Source: a bacterium
Lineage (GTDB): Bacteria; Zhuqueibacterota; Zhuqueibacteria; Residuimicrobiales; Krinioviventaceae
Length of the DNA: 64,000 bases
Assembly (NCBI GenBank): GCA_029561455.1
Contig: JAKQIY010000076.1
Coordinates: forward strand, 81,838-145,837
Reading direction: 5' to 3'
Shown here: positions 1-9,407 of the stretch, piece by piece
How positions within the stretch are numbered: the stretch's first letter is position 1
Layout: each line of letters opens with the position of its first letter
Translations under genes and position numbers: made by a program
Notes under the pieces: generated by a model
What the model was told of the DNA's origin: nothing
Database searches by the model: none
What the model saw: the letters and a program-made list of their open reading frames with translations, nothing else

Positions 1-740
1 TTCGACTCGCCAAGATTATAAATATGGTAACCGTTACATCGGTTAATAGCAGCCTCGATTCCCTGCAGAATATCCGTAATAAAAGTATAATCGCGCCGGC
101 TTTTACCGTCGCCGAACACCGGTATGGGTTTGCCCTTGTCGATCAAATTGGCAAATTTATGTATAGCCATGTCCGGTCGCTGCCTGGGCCCATAAACAGT
201 GAAAAAACGCAGGCAATTAATGGAAATTTTATAGAGTTTATGATAGGTATAACAAACCAGTTCGCCGGCTTTTTTAGTAGCTGCATAAGGCGAAATGGGA
301 TTATCAACGGAATCGCTTTCGCTGAACGGCACTTTTTTATTGGCGCCATAAACCGATGAAGAAGAAGCAAATACAAACCGCGAAATGCCATGCTCGCGGC
401 ACATTTCCAAAAGGTGCATGGTGCCCTGTACGTTTACCCGTTCATATAACAAGGGTTCCAAAATCGAAGGCCGCACCCCGGCACGGGCCGCCAGGTGGAC
501 AATGGCATCAAATTTATGCCCGGTGAATATTTTTTGCAGCAACGGCAGGTCAAGAATATCACCTTCAAGTAATTGATAATTTTTATGCGCAACCAGCCCG
601 GCGATGTTGTTCCGTTTTATGGCAGGATCGTAATAATCATTAAAATTATCAAGACAGACAATTTCATGCCCCTGGTTTACCAAACTTGCACTTAGATGTG
701 AGCCAATAAAACCTGCACCCCCGGTAACCAATAACTTCAT
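1..740 (-). CDS. NAD-dependent epimerase/dehydratase (UDP-sugar 4-epimerase-like), 5'-truncated by the window edge
   Basis: Reverse-complement translation from 740 gives MKLLVTGGAGFIGSHLSASLVNQGHEI... with a GxxGxxG Rossmann motif; the frame stays open to position 1; not in the ORF track because there is no in-window stop. Confidence 0.75.
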   Translation of the reverse strand, partial: MKLLVTGGAGFIGSHLSASLVNQGHEIVCLDNFNDYYDPAIKRNNIAGLVAHKNYQLLEGDILDLPLLQKIFTGHKFDAIVHLAARAGVRPSILEPLLYERVNVQGTMHLLEMCREHGISRFVFASSSSVYGANKKVPFSESDSVDNPISPYAATKKAGELVCYTYHKLYKISINCLRFFTVYGPRQRPDMAIHKFANLIDKGKPIPVFGDGKSRRDYTFITDILQGIEAAINRCNGYHIYNLGES

Positions 741-765
741 CATCAACCCTTATTAAGTCCAAACC

Positions 766-3084
766 CTAATAATGATAGTAACTATATGTATTATTCAATA
801 TCGCTGTTTCCGAACCATTCAGGATAACGCCAATCAGATTCACATTCACATTACCAAAAACTTCCAGTTTTTCCTGGGCTATCTTTCTGTCGGTTTGCCC
901 GGCTTTGACGACTACGGCCACGGCATCGACCTGGGTGCCGATGACAACACAATCGGTCGCCGCTTCCAGGGGTGGGGCATCGAACAGGATAAAATCAAAT
1001 TTCCGGCGCGCTTCATCGAGGAACTGGCGCATTTGCGGCGAACCCAATAATTCCGATGGATTGGGGATCATTGAACCGCAACTGATTATAGATAAATTGG
1101 GAATATGCGTCTGCTGCACCACGCTGGACAAGGTAACCCGGTTATTCAAATAATTGGTAAAGCCGGGATCCTTTTTCATACCAAATGTATTATGCAACAC
1201 ACCGCGCCGTAAATCGGCGTCGACCAGCAGGGTATTGGTACGCTGCTGGGCAAGGATAATCGCCAGGTTGCTGGCGGTAAACGATTTACCTTCTTCGGGG
1301 CTGATGCTGGTGAGCAGCAGGGTATGAATGCGTCCGGTATTTTTGGAAAACATTAAGTGCGTACGCAGGGCGCGATACGATTCACCAATTGGCGTGGGTG
1401 AATAATCGTGAGTGACCAGTTGCCGGTCGATTTGTTTGGCTTTTTCAAAATCCTGGTATTCTTTAATATTGCCGAACTTGACAATGGGAATAGCGCCCAG
1501 CACCGGTAAATTTAACAGCCGTTCCACATCGCTAAAGGAGCGGATTTTATGGTCGGAAATCTCTAAAAGAAGCGCTATGACCACGCCCAGTATCAAACCC
1601 AAGCCACCGCCGAGTAACACCCGCGACATTTTACTGGGATTGATTGGCGAAGTCGGCGTAATAGCCCGGTCCAGAATGGCAATTTCATTTTCTTCAACCA
1701 CATCGGCCAGCTCCATTTTTTGCATTTCCTGCAGCAACAGAAAATATTTATCTTCGGCAATTTTCTTTTTTCGCTCCAGTTCCATAAACCGGTACTGATC
1801 CTGCGGCAGTAAATTCAATTGTGTTTGAATGCCGGATAAATCGGTGCGGGATTCGGATTCCCGTTTTGCCAGGGTGTTGCGAAAGCTGGAGGCAAAATTG
1901 ATAATATCTTTTTGGGTAAGGCGTATGTTATCCCTGACCTGCAGTAATTCCGGGTGATCGGGCGAGAACTGTTGAAAAAGCCGGTCATATTCTTTTTGCA
2001 ATGCCTGTAATTGCTGTTTAAGGATAGCCATTTTGGTTTCGTTAGCAAACATGGAATTATTGGCAATTTCTGTAACAATAAAACTACGGTATTGGTCGGG
2101 GTCGGGCTCGGAATCGGCTTTATCCAACCGATCCAGGTATTCGGTGAGTTGATTACGTTGGCGGGGCAGATCGCGCAGGGCTTTATCATAATCGGTAAGC
2201 CGATCCAGCAAACGCTGCTTTTCGCCATCCAGACTCAGCGGATAACGTGAATAAAAGTTACGTAATTCCGCCTCGACCGCATTCACTTTATTTTCTGCAG
2301 TCTTTAATTGTTTGGAAATAATATCCCGTTTTAAATCAACATCGCGGGTTTTCAAGTTCATACTTTCATCAACATAAACTTCAGCAATACGATTCAGCTT
2401 TTGGGGCAAAAGTTCCGGATCGGTGCCATTCATTTGCAGGATCATATATGAACCGCCGCCAAAAAAATCCACGCTTAAATCGCGGGATATTGCATCGGCA
2501 GCTTTATCAATCGGTACTACTTTAAAACCTATTTCTTTGGGAAACTCAACAGCATGAGGCTGCAACTGGAAGGTAACTCCGTTGCCGCTGCGTTCTTCGG
2601 CTACAGCATCCCACACATTGGCGCTGTCAAGGACTGTTCCACCGGTGCTGTCCATAAAGACAAAATAGTAATTGCCGGCTTCATCGATTGTGATCTTGTA
2701 TTTGCCGGTTACCGGTTCCTCGCTGGTATAGTATTTAAAAAATAGTTCATCGGCGCTTTTAAGAGAAGTATCCTGAAGCACAATCGCCAAACCAAGCTGG
2801 GCCGTTACCCGGTTGATGAACGTACGGCTGCGGATTTCGCCTTTGCGCTCATTATTCCAAAACTGTCCCGCGTCCTGGTCGATCGAACGAATTTTCAAAT
2901 TTACATAAGCCCGGTAAATGGGCACCTGGTTCCTGGCCTTTAAATAAAAAGGAATGGCAACCAGTATCATGCACAAAATAATTAATATTTTTCTTTTCCA
3001 AATACCTTTAATATACTTTTGGAAATCTATTTGCGAAACACTTGCCGTCTCCGCAGGTGTATGCAGGCTATCTAATTCTTCCAT
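766..3084 (-). CDS. Polysaccharide chain-length determinant / BY-kinase (Wzc/GumC-like tyrosine autokinase)
   Basis: 772 aa; N-terminal TM plus Wzz-like coiled-coil region; C-terminal P-loop (SISPEEGKSFTASNLA); Tyr-rich tail NNTYSYYHY. Confidence 0.85.
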   Translation of the reverse strand: MEELDSLHTPAETASVSQIDFQKYIKGIWKRKILIILCMILVAIPFYLKARNQVPIYRAYVNLKIRSIDQDAGQFWNNERKGEIRSRTFINRVTAQLGLAIVLQDTSLKSADELFFKYYTSEEPVTGKYKITIDEAGNYYFVFMDSTGGTVLDSANVWDAVAEERSGNGVTFQLQPHAVEFPKEIGFKVVPIDKAADAISRDLSVDFFGGGSYMILQMNGTDPELLPQKLNRIAEVYVDESMNLKTRDVDLKRDIISKQLKTAENKVNAVEAELRNFYSRYPLSLDGEKQRLLDRLTDYDKALRDLPRQRNQLTEYLDRLDKADSEPDPDQYRSFIVTEIANNSMFANETKMAILKQQLQALQKEYDRLFQQFSPDHPELLQVRDNIRLTQKDIINFASSFRNTLAKRESESRTDLSGIQTQLNLLPQDQYRFMELERKKKIAEDKYFLLLQEMQKMELADVVEENEIAILDRAITPTSPINPSKMSRVLLGGGLGLILGVVIALLLEISDHKIRSFSDVERLLNLPVLGAIPIVKFGNIKEYQDFEKAKQIDRQLVTHDYSPTPIGESYRALRTHLMFSKNTGRIHTLLLTSISPEEGKSFTASNLAIILAQQRTNTLLVDADLRRGVLHNTFGMKKDPGFTNYLNNRVTLSSVVQQTHIPNLSIISCGSMIPNPSELLGSPQMRQFLDEARRKFDFILFDAPPLEAATDCVVIGTQVDAVAVVVKAGQTDRKIAQEKLEVFGNVNVNLIGVILNGSETAILNNTYSYYHY

Positions 3085-3101
3085 AATTCTCTTGATTCAC
3101 A

Positions 3102-3812
3102 TTATTGTTTTAATAGTGTTAAATACAAAATGATCAACGACATACCAAACTGGAAATATCGCATCATACTTCTAAAAGTCGGACGGTTAGCGCGGGGGAC
3201 AACCAATTCGTCTCCCGACTGGAAGCCCAGTTCATAGAGCGAAGTACCCTGCTGAATCGCCTCGACAAAATCTTTGTATATTATCTCATCCTTGCGCATA
3301 ATAAACATATCATTGAGAGCCGACAGAGCATCGAGCCCGCCGACCAGACCGCCGGCCTGTTTAATCATATCCCAAAACGACATATCCAGGCTCATCCGGT
3401 ACATACCGGGTTGCCCGAAATCACCACGCAAAGTTATACGTATTAAAGGCTTGACAACGACCATAGGTTCCCGGGCATAAGGTTTAAACTGTTCCGTCAG
3501 CAATAAACGTATCTCTTCTGCCGTCATTCCGGCGACATGTATACTGCCCAGGGTTAGCAGGTCAACCTGACCAAAGCCGTTTATGACAAACGCTTTATCA
3601 TGAAAATTGGCTACAAATTTGCCCTCGACCGGAGCAAATCCGCCATCGTACACATACAAATGAATAGCATCACCCGGACCGACAATTATTTCTCCCAGAC
3701 GGTCGTCCTGCGAATAGACGCTGCCGGTCAGTATCAAATGCAGTAGAAAACCAATTGCACAACCTTTCAACACTTTCTTCACTCTAAACCTCATACTTGA
3801 GCTGTTAACCAT
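3102..3812 (-). CDS. Polysaccharide export protein (Wza/BexD-like, SLBB domain)
   Basis: 236 aa with signal peptide; sits directly downstream of the Wzc-like gene; sequence is typical of polysaccharide biosynthesis/export family proteins. Confidence 0.7.
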   Translation of the reverse strand: MVNSSSMRFRVKKVLKGCAIGFLLHLILTGSVYSQDDRLGEIIVGPGDAIHLYVYDGGFAPVEGKFVANFHDKAFVINGFGQVDLLTLGSIHVAGMTAEEIRLLLTEQFKPYAREPMVVVKPLIRITLRGDFGQPGMYRMSLDMSFWDMIKQAGGLVGGLDALSALNDMFIMRKDEIIYKDFVEAIQQGTSLYELGFQSGDELVVPRANRPTFRSMMRYFQFGMSLIILYLTLLKQ

Positions 3813-3820
3813 ATAATCTT

Positions 3821-4546
3821 TTAGCGGGAACGGTAAAAACGATACCGTTTAGCTTTGGATTCAAGATTCATTTTCTTTAAAGTTGCCCGTAGTTTGAAAT
3901 AGCCGATTTTGGTAAATCCAAACCGTTGCGATTTCAACTCTTTACAAATACTCATCACTCCCCCCATTGGATTCTCGATAACTATCTTTTTGATCTTTTC
4001 AGTAACAGGCAGATCAGCTTCCTCAATAGCCAGTTTGCGTTTGCTGAAAGAAGCAGATTTGGGTACAGCAATACCTTTTTCATGACGGCGGGCAGCAATA
4101 GCTTCGATTTCATCTTCAGTGGGGGTTGAATCGCTTTCCTGAATTTCTGTTAAGGCGCCATTATGCGGTGAAGTAAATTTTAAACCACGGCAATAATCAA
4201 AATCATCTATTGCCTCTTCCAGAGAGTCATAACTGGTCAGGATGCGGTTGAATTCCAGCATTTCAAACACTTCATAAACATCGGGCGTCATTTGGGTAAT
4301 TTTAAGATCGCCGCCCTTTTCGCGCAAACCGCGAATTTCACCAACAAAGATACCCCACCCTGCGCTGCTGACATAATGCACACCACCCAGATCAATGATA
4401 AACTGGTTATTGCCCTGATTGATCTGTTCAGCCAGGGTCTTTTGCAGATCGGGTGAAGTTGTCGTATCGATATAACCGCTTACACGCAATAATATAATAT
4501 CTTTTAATGCACCTATTCTATATAAACTTTTCTCAATACCTTCCAT
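3821..4546 (-). CDS. STAS-domain protein (anti-sigma-factor antagonist-like) with a basic C-terminal extension
   Basis: N-terminal about 110 aa match the STAS/SpoIIAA fold motifs (LRVSGYIDTTTSPDLQ...FIIDLGGVHYVSSAGWG); the C-terminal 130 aa are unassigned and Lys/Arg-rich. Confidence 0.6.
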   Translation of the reverse strand: MEGIEKSLYRIGALKDIILLRVSGYIDTTTSPDLQKTLAEQINQGNNQFIIDLGGVHYVSSAGWGIFVGEIRGLREKGGDLKITQMTPDVYEVFEMLEFNRILTSYDSLEEAIDDFDYCRGLKFTSPHNGALTEIQESDSTPTEDEIEAIAARRHEKGIAVPKSASFSKRKLAIEEADLPVTEKIKKIVIENPMGGVMSICKELKSQRFGFTKIGYFKLRATLKKMNLESKAKRYRFYRSR

Positions 4547-4862
4547 GCCCTGCCCAAGTACGAATTCTTTATGTTTGTATGTAATTTATTTATTCAAAAA
4601 AAGCAAAGTTAATGCCAGTGATAAAACTGTTAATAATTAATTTATAAAAATTTTAAAATAGATTTCATTTATCATTCTTATTTTTATTGAACTTAGACAA
4701 CCAATCATTACGCCTGTTCATTGCGGTATTGCCCAAAAATCACAAGGGCATAAAAATGCCGTTCTTTTTTACTGATATTGTTATAGCGCGAAACACTTTT
4801 GACTCATACCAAAACAATATCAGTATGACAATAACATCCATCAAGAACGGCGCAAAAATAGT

Positions 4863-6356
4863 CTATTTATGTTTTTTATTATTTACCAGCGATAAATATG
4901 TTTTAACATATTTTTCTGCAGCTACAGACCATGAATAATCGGCGCGCATACCGCGTTTGATCAGCTTTTGCCAGTTCTTTTGATCATTATAAACAGCAAC
5001 AGCACGTTTGATGGCATCTACCATATCTTTTTTATTATATGGTGTAAACGAAAAACCATTACTGTTTTCCGGATCCTGATCATAATCGATTATTGTATCT
5101 TTCAAACCTCCTGTGCTGCGTACAATCGGTACAGTTCCATATTTTAAACTATACATCTGATTCAAGCCGCAGGGTTCATAACGGGACGGCATTAAAAACA
5201 TATCGCTGCCCGCTTCAATCAAATGCGCCAGGTCATTGTCGAACTGTAAAAAGAGCGCAACGTTTTTCGGAAAAGTTTTACAAATCTTTTGCAAGGCGTC
5301 GTGATAAGCCGGTTCACCCAAACCCAATATCACCAGACGAACATCCAGGGCGATAATATCTTTAATAGCAGCCTGAAGTAAATCAAAACCCTTTTGCCCT
5401 GCCAGCCGCGACACCATGCCGATCAGGGGTTTGTTGTCATTGGTCGGGAAATTACATTTTTCCAGTAATTTAAGCTTATTATGAGCCTTGCTTTCCGGTT
5501 TGTTATGGGAATATTTTTCAGCAATCAATGAATCCGTTTCGGGATTCCACTCGGAATAATCGACGCCGTTCAAAATACCTTCAAAATCTTTATTGCGCGA
5601 TTTTAAATAGTCGGTCATTCCAGCGCCAATCTCCGGATCGGTGAGAACTTCATCGGCATACGCCTGGCTGACCGTGACAATTTTATCGGCTGTGAGAATA
5701 CCGGCTTTTAAGAAATTTATACTATTATGATGTTTTAAATCGCTTATTCCATCCTTGTAATTATCACCAATTCCCAGTAATTCCAGGTTATCGGCTGTAA
5801 AGTTACCCTGGTAGGCCATATTATGAATAGATAAAACAGTAGAACAATTGGCATAAAAGGGATCTTTATTGAATTCATGTTTTAAATACCACGGTACAAG
5901 TCCGGTCTGCCAGTCATTACAATGGATAATTTGTGGTTCCCAATGCAGCAATTTTATTGTTTCCAGGGCTGCTTTACAAAACAAACCGAATCTTTCTGCA
6001 TTATCAGGCAGGTCGGTTCCAGTTTCGGGGTCGACATACAAATCATTACCACCGAAAAAAGGTTTGTATTCAAGAAAATAGACCTGTACTTTGGAATCGG
6101 GAATAAAAGCCGATTTGGCGCAGGCAATATGATCGTTTTCCCCCAATTTTATTTTAACCCGTTTCAAACGTATGACTTCACGCAAAACATATTTCCGGTC
6201 GTTAATACAACCATATTTGGGCATAATTACGCGAATATCATGCCCCATATCATAAAGAGCTTTGGGCAGGGCGCTGGAGACATCCGCCAGACCACCTGTC
6301 TTGGCAAAAGGAGCTACTTCGGATGATAAAAATAAAATTCTTAGCCTGGTTTTCAT
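4863..6356 (-). CDS. glgA: Glycogen synthase (ADP-glucose type)
   Basis: MKTRLRILFLSSEVAPFAKTGGLADV... N-terminal KTGGL motif; 497 aa, the typical GlgA length. Confidence 0.9.
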   Translation of the reverse strand: MKTRLRILFLSSEVAPFAKTGGLADVSSALPKALYDMGHDIRVIMPKYGCINDRKYVLREVIRLKRVKIKLGENDHIACAKSAFIPDSKVQVYFLEYKPFFGGNDLYVDPETGTDLPDNAERFGLFCKAALETIKLLHWEPQIIHCNDWQTGLVPWYLKHEFNKDPFYANCSTVLSIHNMAYQGNFTADNLELLGIGDNYKDGISDLKHHNSINFLKAGILTADKIVTVSQAYADEVLTDPEIGAGMTDYLKSRNKDFEGILNGVDYSEWNPETDSLIAEKYSHNKPESKAHNKLKLLEKCNFPTNDNKPLIGMVSRLAGQKGFDLLQAAIKDIIALDVRLVILGLGEPAYHDALQKICKTFPKNVALFLQFDNDLAHLIEAGSDMFLMPSRYEPCGLNQMYSLKYGTVPIVRSTGGLKDTIIDYDQDPENSNGFSFTPYNKKDMVDAIKRAVAVYNDQKNWQKLIKRGMRADYSWSVAAEKYVKTYLSLVNNKKHK

Positions 6357-6469
6357 ACTATACCTTATTTATCATGACAATGGGGCGTATCACTCTATTA
6401 CAGCAGAATTTATATTAATTCCATCAGAACAGATACTTATAATTTAGCAAAATTTCCATCAAAATCAAT

Positions 6470-6500
6470 AAAAAAGGGTAACGCCCGTTACCCTTGAATT
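6470..6500. terminator. Bidirectional rho-independent terminator
   Basis: AAAAAAGGGTAAC-GCCC-GTTACCCTT hairpin flanked by an A-run and a T-rich tract, between convergent/adjacent 3' ends. Confidence 0.6.
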
Positions 6501-6518
6501 ATTTCCATAAAAGACGGT

Positions 6519-7310
6519 TTACAACCGGGATAAATAAGTCTGCGCTCGTGAGACATATTCGCTATCGGGATAATTGGAAATTAATTTTTCGAATTCACTT
6601 CTGGCCCGGTCTTTATTGTCGAGACGTAAATAACATAACCCGACTTTTAATTGCGCGGAATCAAGTTTATTCGATGAACTATAGGTAAATACTTTTTGGA
6701 ATTCCAAAATAGCTTGATTAAAATCGCCCAGGGCATAATAACATTCACCCTTCCAATACTGGCAGTTATCAACCAAAGTATTAGCAGTGTTTCCGGTCAT
6801 TAATTCATCAAAACTCTGAATAGCCTGACGATAACTACGGTTTCTATACAAACTTAAAGCCGCTTCATAACGTCCTTTAAAAGAGTTGTCGGCAGCGCCG
6901 GCAGCGGGTTTGGACGGTGTCGTTGCCATCTGATTTTGCAATTCCTGAATGCGCCGGTCGCGTTCGGCCAACTCGGCTTTTAAAGTTGCCAGTTCTGTTT
7001 CTTTACGTTTAGCTTCAGCTTCTAATTGGTTGACCGGCACGGCGCCAGAATCGGAAAACTCGGTTTGCGGTATAGTTTGAGAGTTGTCGTCCTCGGTTAT
7101 CCCTAATAATCGCAATACTTCAGCCTCATCGGAAGAGGCGTCCAGATCGCTTAATGCCTGGTTATCCAATTCTTCCAGGCTTTCATCGCTAAACAATTCA
7201 TCATCAAAACCCTGGTTGCCGGCACCGGTACTGGCACAGGACCCCAGATATAACATGGAAACGATGCTTAACAGCAAAATGAGCCAGGGCATGTATTTTT
7301 TTGTTTTCAT
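6519..7310 (-). CDS. TPR-repeat lipoprotein with coiled coil (CpoB/YbgF-like)
   Basis: Lipobox LYLGSCAS; coiled coil (EAEAKRKETELATLKAELAERDRRIQELQNQ); C-terminal TPR repeats; architecture of Tol-Pal-associated CpoB. Confidence 0.55.
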   Translation of the reverse strand: MKTKKYMPWLILLLSIVSMLYLGSCASTGAGNQGFDDELFSDESLEELDNQALSDLDASSDEAEVLRLLGITEDDNSQTIPQTEFSDSGAVPVNQLEAEAKRKETELATLKAELAERDRRIQELQNQMATTPSKPAAGAADNSFKGRYEAALSLYRNRSYRQAIQSFDELMTGNTANTLVDNCQYWKGECYYALGDFNQAILEFQKVFTYSSSNKLDSAQLKVGLCYLRLDNKDRARSEFEKLISNYPDSEYVSRAQTYLSRL

Positions 7311-8473
7311 TCTTCACTCCTGCTTTGTTTTCGTAATACCAAAAAAGTTGCTGCGCCCCAGCTGATTGCGGTTAATGCTTTGACAGCAGTCCGCCAAATC
7401 GGGGCATTTTTTATTAAAGTAACTTCTATCGGTCTCTTTGGTAAACCGGAATAACCGATACCTGTTAAATCATCGGTAATTGCGACAATAAAATACTCCA
7501 AACCACCAACATCAATTTGATCTTTATCCAGAACTGCGCTGTAATCGGTGCCCTGGATTGTTTCCATTTTCAATACATTCCAGTTCTTATTTACATCTGT
7601 CCTGAACAGAACAGCGACTATGCGCAAAGGAATTGTGGAAAACACCTGCGCCTTTAATTTCAAGTCGCTTCCCTGCTCCGCCTGGAACACCGGTTTATGC
7701 TTGACCAGCGGCTTTTTATAGTCAAAATCTACCGGCACTCCCCCTTCAGGAATGCCATCATGATCCATATAAGCATTACGGTCTTCCGGGTGCATCGGGT
7801 CAACATCCAGCTTTATCGGTATAAAATCCCGATCCTGATCTTTTTTATTTTCAACCGGTAAATAATAGTTAATGCCGAGTGCAGCGCCGATAATACCATC
7901 ATTTTCATCGCCGCTGATGATCTGATCCAGGCGGTCGGTAAATGTATACTTGTAATCCACTTCAAGCAGGACGCTGAATTTTTCTTCAATACGGAACTCT
8001 AGTCCGCCGCCAAATTTTATAAAAGAGTTGAGTCGCTTTGTTGTTTGGCCATTTATGACAAGCAGTTTATTATCAAAAGTAGTTTGATACCATAAACCCC
8101 CGGCGCCGATAAAGGAATAAGGATTAACACGTTTTAGCGGTAATATATTCATACGCAGCGCCAGATCAAATGGCATTATACTGGTCTTGAATTTCTCTGC
8201 TTCAATGTAACTGCTGTTAAGACGTACCGCATCACGATTGGTGCGCAGAGTATTATAACCGACCTGGCTGCAAAGTAACAGATAGGGATTCGGACTATAC
8301 CCAACAAACAAGGAAATGTCGGGCGTTAATACCGGGCCGTTCCAATCACCTTCAAGCCTTGCCGCCCCAAATTTAAGGCCGGCGCCAAAACGGGGATCAT
8401 AAGCAAATACGATTGAATGATTGTTGTAACAAAATAAAATGAGAATCATTACTATCAGGAGTTTTTTTATCAA
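7307..8473 (-). CDS. Outer-membrane protein (OmpA-like N-terminal beta-barrel plus C-terminal domain)
   Basis: Signal peptide; alternating hydrophobic beta-strand pattern with aromatic turns over the first 200 aa; 4-nt overlap with the downstream TPR gene. Confidence 0.45.
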   Translation of the reverse strand: MIKKLLIVMILILFCYNNHSIVFAYDPRFGAGLKFGAARLEGDWNGPVLTPDISLFVGYSPNPYLLLCSQVGYNTLRTNRDAVRLNSSYIEAEKFKTSIMPFDLALRMNILPLKRVNPYSFIGAGGLWYQTTFDNKLLVINGQTTKRLNSFIKFGGGLEFRIEEKFSVLLEVDYKYTFTDRLDQIISGDENDGIIGAALGINYYLPVENKKDQDRDFIPIKLDVDPMHPEDRNAYMDHDGIPEGGVPVDFDYKKPLVKHKPVFQAEQGSDLKLKAQVFSTIPLRIVAVLFRTDVNKNWNVLKMETIQGTDYSAVLDKDQIDVGGLEYFIVAITDDLTGIGYSGLPKRPIEVTLIKNAPIWRTAVKALTAISWGAATFLVLRKQSRSEE

Positions 8474-8575
8474 TTGATAACTTTCCCTAGCAAGTCTTCA
8501 TGTTATTTTATTAAATTTATTAAAGTTATACTAAAAAGTCAAGAATTTTCTGAAAACAGAAAATTTGTTACTATT

Positions 8576-9391
8576 TCATTCTTTCTTTTTTGTATAACAG
8601 ACAATTAACAGCACAATTCCCAACATAATAAATACAAGGCTAATGCCCTGGTTTAAACTAATGCCCTTTTCACCAACGGTGAAAATAATCATACCGGACT
8701 CGTAAAAGCGGAATAAATCAATAGTAAACCGTTTTATGCCATACAAAATAAAAAACAGATACAATAAAAAGCCGTCAAATCTTTTCCATCTTTCTGCATA
8801 TAACAAAATTCCGAATATGATTAATCCAGCCAGGGAAGAATATAATTGCGTTGGAATGAGGGCGGTATCCGGAAATGTAAAACCTGCGGCGCTGTTGGAT
8901 GGAAAAATAAAGCAGAAATGACCAGGCCCGTGAGCTTCGCATGGTAAACCAAAACAACAGCCATTAAAAAAGCAGCCTATACGGGTTAAAAAGATGCCCA
9001 AACCGACGCTGGGTATGACCACATCGGCAAATTTTAAAAATGGCAGTTTTTTTACTCTTAAAAATATTATCGACGAGATAAAACAAAGGATAACACCGCC
9101 AAGCAGGGTAAGGCCGCCCATCCCGATAGTACCGTCGCTTTGAAACGGACTGATAGCATCAATCCAGTGACCGCGAAATTCTTCCGGGTGATAGACAACA
9201 TACAAAAAACGCGAACCGACTATGGCGCTGATAATCAATATCACCGATAGATCCATAATAGTGTTAGGATCGAGCCCAACTTTTTTTGCCCGACGAATGG
9301 CTAAAAATATTCCAAAAAGAAAAGAAAGCGCCAGCATAACGCCATAAGCACGAATCTCAAATGCGCCGAGTTTAACTAATACCGGGTGCAA
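8576..9391 (-). CDS. lgt: Prolipoprotein diacylglyceryl transferase
   Basis: MHPVLVKLGAFEIRAYGVMLALSFLFGIFLAIRRAKKVGLDP... canonical Lgt N-terminus and multi-TM profile. Confidence 0.9.
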   Translation of the reverse strand: MHPVLVKLGAFEIRAYGVMLALSFLFGIFLAIRRAKKVGLDPNTIMDLSVILIISAIVGSRFLYVVYHPEEFRGHWIDAISPFQSDGTIGMGGLTLLGGVILCFISSIIFLRVKKLPFLKFADVVIPSVGLGIFLTRIGCFFNGCCFGLPCEAHGPGHFCFIFPSNSAAGFTFPDTALIPTQLYSSLAGLIIFGILLYAERWKRFDGFLLYLFFILYGIKRFTIDLFRFYESGMIIFTVGEKGISLNQGISLVFIMLGIVLLIVCYTKKKE

Positions 9392-9407
9392 ATTTTCCTC
9401 CTGTTCT

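Noticed and set aside
24-359. 111 aa plus-strand ORF at the window start
   Set aside because: Antisense to a clearly conserved epimerase gene (MKLLVTGGAGFIGSH… on the minus strand); no recognisable motifs.
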